Shown: positions 36,578 to 43,472 of the stretch, piece after piece
Layout of the letters: each line of letters starts with the position of its first letter
Position numbering within the stretch: the first letter of the stretch is position 1
Assembly (NCBI GenBank): GCA_902805565.1
Contig: CADCTP010000412.1
Span: 1 to 53,213 of the forward strand
Reading direction: 5' to 3'
DNA: 53,213 bases
Source: an uncultured Mycobacteriales bacterium
GTDB lineage: Bacteria; Actinomycetota; Actinomycetes; Mycobacteriales; CADCTP01
The notes under the pieces: model-generated
What the model saw: the letters and a program-made list of their open reading frames with translations, nothing else
Told to the model about the DNA's origin: nothing
Databases searched by the model: none
Position numbers and translations under genes: made by a program

Positions 36578-36602
36578 AACGTTTCGTGGTACGGGGTGTT
36601 CC
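36578..36602 (-). promoter_or_regulatory. ECF-type promoter candidate GGAAC-N16-CGTT upstream of the group-2 sigma gene
   Basis: The minus strand reads GGGGAAC accccgtaccacgaaa CGTT. It lies about 40 nt upstream of GTG 36535. The motif class matches SigE/SigH-type promoters that drive sigB in mycobacteria. Confidence 0.4.
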
Positions 36603-36691
36603 CCGCAGCCCCGAGCTGACCCCTGCGCTCAGCAATCTCACAGTTCTCGGCGCGCCGGCCCGGCCGGTGGTCCCCGATCGCGGCGGACCCG

Positions 36692-37114
36692 TCAGACCTC
36701 GAGCAGGACCGTGTACGGCCCGTCGTTGACCGACGCGACCTGCATGGCCGCCCCGAAGACGCCGGTGGCGACCTCGGCCCCGCGCCCGCGCAGCCCCGCC
36801 ACCACCGCGTCCACCAGCGGCTCGGCGACGTGGCCGGGGGCGGCGGCCGACCAGCTCGGCCGGCGGCCCTTGCGGGCGTCGCCGTACAGGGTGAACTGGC
36901 TGACCACGAGCAGCGGGGCGCCGACCTCGGCGGCGGACCGCTCGTCGCGCAGGATCCGCAGCTCGTGCAGTTTGCGGGCCATCGTGCCGGCGGTCGCGGC
37001 CGAGTCGGTGTGGGTGACGCCGAGCAGCACCAGCAGGCCGGCGCCGATCTCGCCGGTCACCGCCCCGTCCACCGTCACGCTGGCCGAGGACACCCGGGCC
37101 ACCACCGCACGCAC
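36692..37114 (-). CDS. dtd: D-aminoacyl-tRNA deacylase
   Basis: The 140-aa product [17 protein letters not shown]...GLLVLLGV...[17 protein letters not shown]...GVFGAAM matches the classic Dtd pattern. Confidence 0.9.
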   Translation of the reverse strand: MRAVVARVSSASVTVDGAVTGEIGAGLLVLLGVTHTDSAATAGTMARKLHELRILRDERSAAEVGAPLLVVSQFTLYGDARKGRRPSWSAAAPGHVAEPLVDAVVAGLRGRGAEVATGVFGAAMQVASVNDGPYTVLLEV

Positions 37115-37249
37115 CGCGCGACTCTAAGGGGTGAGGCCGGCCCCGTCCGGGAAGGTTGGTCGAGCCGGCGCCGGCGGGTCGGTCGGGACCCGCCGGCGCC
37201 GGTGTACCGGAAGAGTCGCCAACCGGTCGATCCGGACATCGGGCTGCGG

Positions 37250-37636
37250 TCAGGGCACCGCCGGCGTGCCGCCCGGCACCGTCGGCAGGCCGGCCGCCGC
37301 CCAGGCCCGGAAGCCGCCGTCCAGGTCGGTGGCCCGGCGCACGCCCAGCCGGCGCAGGGTGTCGGCGGCGAAGCTGGACGCGTACCCGTCGTTGCAGAAC
37401 ACCACGACCCGGCTGTCCGCCCCGGCCTGCGGCAGCCGCCACTCGCCGCCCGGCTCGAACCGCCACTCCAGCACGTTGCGCTCCACCACCAGGGCGCCGG
37501 GGATCTCGCCCTCGGCGGCCCGGAACGCGACCGGCCGGATGTCGACCAGGACCGCGTCCGGCTCGGCCGCCGCCTCGGCCGGGGTGAGCCGGTCCAGCCC
37601 GGCCCGGGCGGCGGCCAGCAGGTCCTCGACGCTCAT
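37250..37636 (-). CDS. rhodanese-like domain protein
   Basis: The gene starts at ATG 37636 (MSVEDLLAAARAG...) and is 128 aa. The active-site loop is FCNDGYASS. The start overlaps the stop of the upstream cysteine dioxygenase (ATGA). Confidence 0.8.
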   Translation of the reverse strand: MSVEDLLAAARAGLDRLTPAEAAAEPDAVLVDIRPVAFRAAEGEIPGALVVERNVLEWRFEPGGEWRLPQAGADSRVVVFCNDGYASSFAADTLRRLGVRRATDLDGGFRAWAAAGLPTVPGGTPAVP

Positions 37637-38124
37637 CCGGGCGGCTCCTCGAGTTGGCCGTCGCCCATCGGCAGCAGCGGGGGCGAGTACGCGTGCACGC
37701 TCGACGCGTTCGGGGTGCCCCGGTTCGCGACGAGGTGCACGCGCTCCGGCCCGAACGCCGCCCCGCCGCCGATCCCGCGCACGCCGCGGCGGGCCGGGAG
37801 GCCGGGGGCGTCCCGCCAGGTCTCGGTCAGCTCGCCGTCCAGGACGGTGTACGAGCCGGCCGCGCCGCCGTGGTCGTGCGGCCGGGTGTGCTGGCCCGGG
37901 GTCCAGGTCAGCAGCCAGACCTCGACCGCCTCGGTGAGGGCGAGGCGGAGGTACCACCGCTGCGCCGGGTCGTGGACCGCCTCGCGGCGCAGGGCGCCGG
38001 GGAGGTCGGCGACCAGCAGCCGGGTCAGCCGGGCCAGGTCGCCGACGGCCCAGGCGCCGCGGCCGGTCACCGCCGGGGCCAGCGACATCAGGGCAGGGTG
38101 GACGTACAGGGTGGACGTGCTCAT
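37633..38124 (-). CDS. cysteine dioxygenase type I (cupin)
   Basis: The gene starts at ATG 38124 (MSTSTLYVHP...) and is 163 aa. The cupin metal motif is TRPHDHGGAAGSYTVLDGEL, with a later HLVAN. Confidence 0.75.
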   Translation of the reverse strand: MSTSTLYVHPALMSLAPAVTGRGAWAVGDLARLTRLLVADLPGALRREAVHDPAQRWYLRLALTEAVEVWLLTWTPGQHTRPHDHGGAAGSYTVLDGELTETWRDAPGLPARRGVRGIGGGAAFGPERVHLVANRGTPNASSVHAYSPPLLPMGDGQLEEPPG

Positions 38125-38260
38125 GGGGATGCTCCGGGGAACGGGTGCGGGTGGCGTGGGCGGGGTCAGGAGCGCGGACACGCACACGCCGCGACGCGGA
38201 GCAGGTCGACGGCGCGGTCCCGCCACAACGCGGCACTCGGCACGGCCGAACCCTACCGAT

Positions 38261-39694
38261 TCAGTGGGGAATGAGAAAGCCCTGCTCGACCAGGCCGCGG
38301 ACGATGCGCTGCACCTGCCCGGCGTCGATCCCGTACGCCAACTCCAGCACCGTGGCCAGCTCGCCCAGCGGCCGATTGCCGTCGCACCCGGCGACCAGGG
38401 CCGCCACCGCCGGGTCCACCGTCGCCGACCAGCGCAGCCCGTGCGGCTGGCGCAGCCGCTGCGCGGTCACCGCCCAGCCCTCCGGCCCCGGGGAGGCGAC
38501 CTGCTCCAGCTGGAGGTCCGGCGCCCGGCCGAAGCGGATCCCGGCCAGGTCGGCGTCCCGGACCGCGTCCAGCCGGTCGAACCAGTCGGCCACGTGCGGC
38601 CCGACCGGCTCCTCGACCTGCTGCGTCACCTCCTCGATCCGTACGGTCGGCACCGCGGCGCCGGACCGGTGCAGGGTGACCAGGCCGAAGCCGATCGCCT
38701 CCACCCCGGCCGCGGCGAACCAGTCCAGCCAGCGGGCGTAGCGGTCCTCGTACTCGCCGGAGCGCCGCTCGCCGGCGTCGGCCAGCCACAGCGCCGCGTA
38801 CTGCGCCGGGTCGGCGACCTCCCGCTGCCACACCCAGGCGTCCACGCCCAGCCCGTCCAGCCAGCCGGCCAGCCGGTCCTCCCAGCGCTCGCCGTCGCGG
38901 TGCACCCAGTTCGCCAGCAGCTGGCACCAGCCGCCGTCGGCGAGCACGCCCGGCGCCTGCCGGATCAGCCGACGGCAGACCTCGTCGCCGGCCAGCCCGC
39001 TGTCGCGGTAGACGAAGCCGCCGTCGCCGGGACCGACCACGAACGGCGGGTTGGACACCACCAGGTCGAACCGCTCGCCCCGCACCGGCTCCAGCAGGTC
39101 GCCGGCCCGCAGGTCCCAGTCCAGCCCGTTGAGCCGGGCGGTGAGCCGGGCCATCGCCAGCGCCCGGGGGAGCACGTCGGTCGCGGTGACCGCCCCGGCG
39201 TGCCGGGACAGGTGCAGCGCCTGGACGCCGCAGCCGGTGCCCAGGTCCAGCGCCGTGCCGACCGGGCGGCGCAGGGTCGCCTGCGACAGCGTGATCGACG
39301 CCGAGCCGACCCCGAGGACGTGGTCGGGCCGCAGCGGGCCGGGGCGCACGTCGGTGCCGAGGTCGGAGACCACCCACCAGTCCTCGTACGGCCGGAGGTC
39401 GACCGCCGCCCGGAACCCGTCGCCGTCGGCCTCCAGCAGGCCGCTGACCGGCATCGCGGCCCGCACGGCCGCCGCCGGCTCGGTGGTGCCGAGCAGGAAC
39501 AGCCGGGTCAGCGTCTCCACCGGCGACCCGCCGGTGGTCGCCCGCAGCGCCGGCACCCGCTCGCCGCGGGCCAGCGCCCCGGTCGCGTCCTCGCCCAACA
39601 GGTCGAGCACCCCGCGGGCGTCGTAGCCGGCGGTCCGCAGGGCGTCCGCCAGTCGGTCGGCCTCGGCGTCGGGCACCAGCGAGTCGGTCAGCAC
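38261..39694 (-). CDS. class I SAM-dependent methyltransferase (NPPF-motif type)
   Basis: The SAM motif I is ALDLGTGCGVQAL and motif IV is VVSNPPF. The start is set to GTG 39694. In-frame GTGs exist upstream, so the start is uncertain. Confidence 0.8.
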   Translation of the reverse strand: MLTDSLVPDAEADRLADALRTAGYDARGVLDLLGEDATGALARGERVPALRATTGGSPVETLTRLFLLGTTEPAAAVRAAMPVSGLLEADGDGFRAAVDLRPYEDWWVVSDLGTDVRPGPLRPDHVLGVGSASITLSQATLRRPVGTALDLGTGCGVQALHLSRHAGAVTATDVLPRALAMARLTARLNGLDWDLRAGDLLEPVRGERFDLVVSNPPFVVGPGDGGFVYRDSGLAGDEVCRRLIRQAPGVLADGGWCQLLANWVHRDGERWEDRLAGWLDGLGVDAWVWQREVADPAQYAALWLADAGERRSGEYEDRYARWLDWFAAAGVEAIGFGLVTLHRSGAAVPTVRIEEVTQQVEEPVGPHVADWFDRLDAVRDADLAGIRFGRAPDLQLEQVASPGPEGWAVTAQRLRQPHGLRWSATVDPAVAALVAGCDGNRPLGELATVLELAYGIDAGQVQRIVRGLVEQGFLIPH

Positions 39695-39978
39695 CCGGCC
39701 ATCCTGGCGGGTCGCCGCCCGACCGGCTCCGCAGGGGTTGCCGGGCTCCTCGACCCGGACCCCACCTCCGGTCGCCCGGGACGCCGTCCGCTCCGGCGGG
39801 TCGCGACGGTGTGTTCCGATCAGGAGAATGTCGTGACAGTGCGTCAATTTCCTTGTTGGCACGCCTGCGCCGTGACAACGTCGACATCCCCGAGTGCTTC
39901 GGTCAGTGGTGGCCCCCCGGCCGCTTCCCGCCGCACATCGCCCGGGTTCCCTGCTCGGCAACGACGAATGGAGCGCAC

Positions 39979-40110
39979 ATGCCGGAGAACGCCGCCGCGG
40001 TCGCCGCGGACATCAGCTCGGAGGCCCTCGACTTCGACGCGGTCAGCGAGGACCTCAACTTCGACGTCGTGAGCCTCAACGAGGAACTGGCGATGCACAA
40101 CCGCAGCTAG
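39979..40110 (+). CDS. candidate RiPP precursor peptide (43 aa)
   Basis: The ATG at 39979 has a GGAG 6 nt upstream (aatGGAGcgcacATG). The product is MPENAAAVAADISSEALDFDAVSEDLNFDVVSLNEELAMHNRS. All codons but one end in G or C. There are 10 acidic residues, and the only Arg and His are in the last four residues. It sits at the head of an enzyme operon. Confidence 0.6.
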   Translation: MPENAAAVAADISSEALDFDAVSEDLNFDVVSLNEELAMHNRS

Positions 40111-40133
40111 CCGGCCGCAGCTAGCCGACGTGA

Positions 40134-40161
40134 GGTCCCGGGCGTCCCGGCGCCCGGGACC
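40134..40161 (+). promoter_or_regulatory. perfect 11-bp GC stem-loop 24 nt after the peptide ORF (attenuator or mRNA-stabilising hairpin candidate)
   Basis: The arm ggtcccgggcg (40134-40144) and the arm cgcccgggacc (40151-40161) are exact reverse complements, with the loop tcccgg. No T-tract follows. Confidence 0.55.
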
Positions 40162-40218
40162 CCGCCCGACGAGACACGTGGAGTCCCCATCACCTCGGCG
40201 ACCATCTCCCTGGACGCG

Positions 40219-41553
40219 ATGCCGCTGCTGCGCGACCCGCAGTTGTCCGTTGACTACAGCGCCCGATTGGTGGCGCAGGGAGTGCTGAGGCCGCTGTTCG
40301 CCGCCGACGCGGGCACCGGGCCGGGCTGCGCCACGCGGGCGAGCCGCCTCGACGGCGGTCGCCGGTGGCGGGTCGTCGTGGACGACGGGCTGCGCTGGTC
40401 CGACGGACGCCGGCTGCACGCCGAGGATCTGGCGGCCGGACTCACGCACGCCGTCCGCGGTCGCGCCGCCGGCGTCCGCGCCTTCATCTCCGGCGCCGAC
40501 GCCGAGCCCCCGATCCGGATCGTCGACCCGGTGACCGTGGAGTACCGCTTCGACCGGCCGGTCGCCTTCGCGACCGAACTGCTGTCGTCGCCCGGTTTCG
40601 CTCCTCGCCGGCCGGGTGTCGACCGGCGCGGTCGGCCACTGTCGCTCGGGCCGTTCACCGTCGCGAGCTGGACGCCGGACCGGATCGTCCTGGAGCGCAC
40701 AGGTGCCGGTGCGGGACCGGCGCGGGTGGCCTTCGTGCACGTGCCCTCGGCCGCCGAGACGGTCCGCCGGTACGACGCGGGCGAACTGGACGCGACCTCA
40801 CCCACCGGGTTCGGCGTCGAGCAGGTCCTGGGGCTCGCCGGGCGGACGGACGTGGTGTCCGCACCGGTGGACATCTTCGGCTCCCTGGACCTCGGCCGGC
40901 GGGCGCCGCGCTCCTGGCTGGCCACCGCCGCTGCCCGGCGTGCGGTCTCCGGGCTGCTGGACCGCCACCGGTTCGCCGCCGTCACGGCCGAGCTGGCCGA
41001 GCCGTGGCACTGGCCGGGCTCCGCCGCCCTGGGGCCCGGCGCGCCCGAGGACCCGACCGCGCCGGCGGACCGCGTCACCGGCCCGCTGGACATCGCGTAC
41101 GCGGATTTCGCGCCGAACGCGGAGCTCGTCACAGAACTGGCCGGGCAGCTCGGCGACGCGTTCGGGGTGCTGGTGTCGACCACCCGGTTGTCGTTCGAGG
41201 ACTACGTCCGGGCGACGGTCTCCCGGGACTACTGCCTGCTGTACTCGCTCACCCTGCCGGCTTTCGGCCACCCGGCCGGCTCGCTGTCGGACTGGCGATC
41301 GACCGGCCCGGCCGCCCGACGCGGTGGGGTTGCCGACCAGGTGCTCGACGCCCTGCTGGACGCCGCTGAGAGCTGCCCGGACCCGGCCGCCGCCGACCCG
41401 CTGTGGGCGGACGTCGCGGCCCGGTGGTGCGCGCTGCTGCCGCGGATCCCGCTGGTCCGGGTACGGGCCGTGTTCCTGCGCGGCCGCCGGTTGCCCGGCC
41501 TGACCGTGACCCGGAGCGGATTGCTGGCCTGCGCGGGAGCGTCGGCGTCGTGA
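40219..41553 (+). CDS. solute-binding protein family 5 (SBP_bac_5)-like protein without a signal peptide
   Basis: 444 aa. Family-typical stretches are RWRVVVDDGLRWSDGRRLHAEDL, IRIVDPVTVEYRFDRPVAFATELL and GPFTVASWTPDRIVLER. The upstream in-frame extension runs into the TAG of the peptide ORF with no ATG/GTG/TTG, so no signal peptide or lipobox is possible. Confidence 0.7.
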   Translation: MPLLRDPQLSVDYSARLVAQGVLRPLFAADAGTGPGCATRASRLDGGRRWRVVVDDGLRWSDGRRLHAEDLAAGLTHAVRGRAAGVRAFISGADAEPPIRIVDPVTVEYRFDRPVAFATELLSSPGFAPRRPGVDRRGRPLSLGPFTVASWTPDRIVLERTGAGAGPARVAFVHVPSAAETVRRYDAGELDATSPTGFGVEQVLGLAGRTDVVSAPVDIFGSLDLGRRAPRSWLATAAARRAVSGLLDRHRFAAVTAELAEPWHWPGSAALGPGAPEDPTAPADRVTGPLDIAYADFAPNAELVTELAGQLGDAFGVLVSTTRLSFEDYVRATVSRDYCLLYSLTLPAFGHPAGSLSDWRSTGPAARRGGVADQVLDALLDAAESCPDPAAADPLWADVAARWCALLPRIPLVRVRAVFLRGRRLPGLTVTRSGLLACAGASAS

Positions 41554-41585
41554 GCCGGCCCCGCCCGGCACGAGGAGGAGCACCC

Positions 41586-43472
41586 ATGGACGGCACCGAC
41601 GCGGACGTCTGGCTCGTCTTCCCACCGTTGATCGAGACCAACTTCGGCAGCTTCTACCCGTCGACGGCGGTGCTGGCCGCCTACCTGCATGCGCAGGGCC
41701 TCCGTGCCGACCAGGCCGACCTCAACGAGGACTTCGCGGTCTGGCTGTTGCGCAGCACCGTCGACGGCGTCCCGCTGGCCGGCACCCCGCCGCCGGCGGA
41801 GTCGACCGCCGCGGCCGCCGGCCGCTGGCTCGCCAGGTCCTGGCACAAGCTGGTCGAGGAGGACGGGCGGCACGGCTTCGGCCCGTCCTCCGACTACGGT
41901 CATGTGCTGCAATTGCTCGCCCGGCATTACGTGGTGGATCCGGACGAGGGGGTGCTGGACCGCGATCCGGCCGCGGTCGAGGGCGCGGCTCTCTACCGGC
42001 AGTTCTACGAGCAGGCGGGACTCGCCACCCGGATGCCCCCGGCGACCGCGCTGATCGGGATCTCGGTCCCGATGGGTCCGCAGCTGCTGCCGGCTCTGGA
42101 GCTCGCCGAGCAGCTCAAGCGACTGCGGCCGGCGGCGCCGATCGTCCTCGGCGGTCCCGCGCTGAGCCTGATGAGTCCGCCAGAGATCGAGCGGCTGCTG
42201 GTCGGGTGGGACGCGGTGGACGCGGTGGTCCGGTTCGACGGCGAGATCCCGTTGCACCAGCTGGCCGTGCAGGCGACGACGGGCCAGTGGCGACCGGAGG
42301 TGGTGCCCGGGGTGTCCTGCCGGGCCGCCGGCACGGTCCGGCACGTCCCGCCCGGCGCCGGGCCCGCCATCAACCTGCTGCCGGTCCCGGCCTATCCGGC
42401 ACCGGCGCTCGCCGTGCTCGGCGACCCGGTCCTCGGCGTCACGCAGGCCCGCGGCTGCTACTGGGGCAAGTGCGACTACTGCGACTTCGTCGAGCTGTAC
42501 GACGGCAGCCCACCATTCCGCGGTCGCCGTCCGGACGGCTTCGTCGCCGAGCTGCGGACGCTGGCCGACACCTTCGGCGTGTCGAAGTTCAGCTTCATCA
42601 CCGAGTCGATCCCGCCGGCGTTCGCCCGCAGGGTGTGCGCCGACATCCTCGCGCAGGGCTTGGACCTGCGGTGGAGCTCGTTCGCGATGGTCGACCGCCG
42701 ATTCGATCGGCAGTTGCTGGCCCTCATGGTCGAGGCCGGCTGCGAGTTCCTGACCATTGGCATGGAGACGACCGTCACCCGGGTGCTCAAGCTGGTGCAC
42801 AAGTCGGCCGACCGGGAGGAGAACCTCCGGTTCCTGGCCGACGCCCGCGATGTCGGGTTGCCACTCGTGATCAACTTGATACCGGACCTGCCCACCACCA
42901 CGTTCGACGAGGCGATGGGCGCGCTGGCCGACGTGCGGGAGTTCGCTCCGGGACTGCGGGCGGTGGCGGTGTTCCCCTTCGAGCCGACCCGCTCCTCCCA
43001 GGTCGGCCGGACACCCGAGTTGTTCGGTCTGGACGTCGGCGTGGCCGCGACCACCACCGGCCAGGCCGAGTACGCCCTCAACCACCTGGTCAGCAACGAC
43101 CCGGCGATGACCCCGGCGGAGCGGGCGGAGGTGCACCGCCAGTACCGGGCGTTCGCCGAGACGGTCAACGGCCGGCCGGCCGTCCTCCGGGCGTACGGTT
43201 CGGACGAGCTGCTCCGGGTGGCGGTGGAGGACCTGGACCTGCTCGACAGCGAGGCCGGGCTGGTCTGCACCAATCTCCGCACCCGGGCCCGGGCGGTGAT
43301 CCCGGAGCGGGTGGCCGGAATGGTCCGCCCGCACCTCGCCGGCCGGCCGTTCTCGCCGGCGACCATGCACCCGTCCCTCAGCCCGACGGGCGCGGCCCGG
43401 GTGCTCGCGAGCCTGGACCGGGTCGCGATGCTCGCCCCGCTCGGCCCCGGTGCGCGTGCCGCCGGTGGGTGA
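41586..43472 (+). CDS. B12-binding domain radical SAM enzyme (class B)
   Basis: The ATG at 41586 follows GAGGAGGAG. The gene is 628 aa. The N-terminal Rossmann-like segment VWLVFPPLIETNFGSFYPSTAVLAAYLHAQG is typical of B12-binding rSAM proteins. The cluster motif is ARGCYWGKCDYCDF (42456-42482). Later stretches are FLTIGMET and INLIPDLP. Confidence 0.85.
   Translation: MDGTDADVWLVFPPLIETNFGSFYPSTAVLAAYLHAQGLRADQADLNEDFAVWLLRSTVDGVPLAGTPPPAESTAAAAGRWLARSWHKLVEEDGRHGFGPSSDYGHVLQLLARHYVVDPDEGVLDRDPAAVEGAALYRQFYEQAGLATRMPPATALIGISVPMGPQLLPALELAEQLKRLRPAAPIVLGGPALSLMSPPEIERLLVGWDAVDAVVRFDGEIPLHQLAVQATTGQWRPEVVPGVSCRAAGTVRHVPPGAGPAINLLPVPAYPAPALAVLGDPVLGVTQARGCYWGKCDYCDFVELYDGSPPFRGRRPDGFVAELRTLADTFGVSKFSFITESIPPAFARRVCADILAQGLDLRWSSFAMVDRRFDRQLLALMVEAGCEFLTIGMETTVTRVLKLVHKSADREENLRFLADARDVGLPLVINLIPDLPTTTFDEAMGALADVREFAPGLRAVAVFPFEPTRSSQVGRTPELFGLDVGVAATTTGQAEYALNHLVSNDPAMTPAERAEVHRQYRAFAETVNGRPAVLRAYGSDELLRVAVEDLDLLDSEAGLVCTNLRTRARAVIPERVAGMVRPHLAGRPFSPATMHPSLSPTGAARVLASLDRVAMLAPLGPGARAAGG

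Noticed and set aside
36830-40072. A 1080-aa + strand ORF covering dtd, rhodanese, CDO and the methyltransferase; also 41229-43763 (-) and 49163-52318 (-) across the candidate cluster
   Set aside because: All are antisense to genes with convincing family motifs and have low-complexity translations. They do not respect the compact start/stop overlaps seen in the chosen frames.
39811-40110. A longer 99-aa version of the peptide ORF starting at 39811
   Set aside because: The upstream 56 codons (MFRSGECRDSASISLLARLRRDNVDIPECFGQWWPPGRF...) lie in the AT-richer promoter-like region, lack an RBS and have atypical codon usage. The internal ATG at 39979 has a GGAG RBS and is followed by GC3-rich codons.
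40108-40221. The peptide ORF and the SBP5-like ORF are in the same frame, separated only by TAG 40108, which raises the idea of stop-codon read-through or a split gene
   Set aside because: The intervening 36 codons (PAAASRREVPGVPAPGTPPDETRGVPITSATISLDA) contain the strong hairpin and look non-coding apart from the last few residues. There is no evidence for suppression. Separate genes is the simpler reading. The SBP5-like start could still be a non-canonical codon slightly upstream of 40219.
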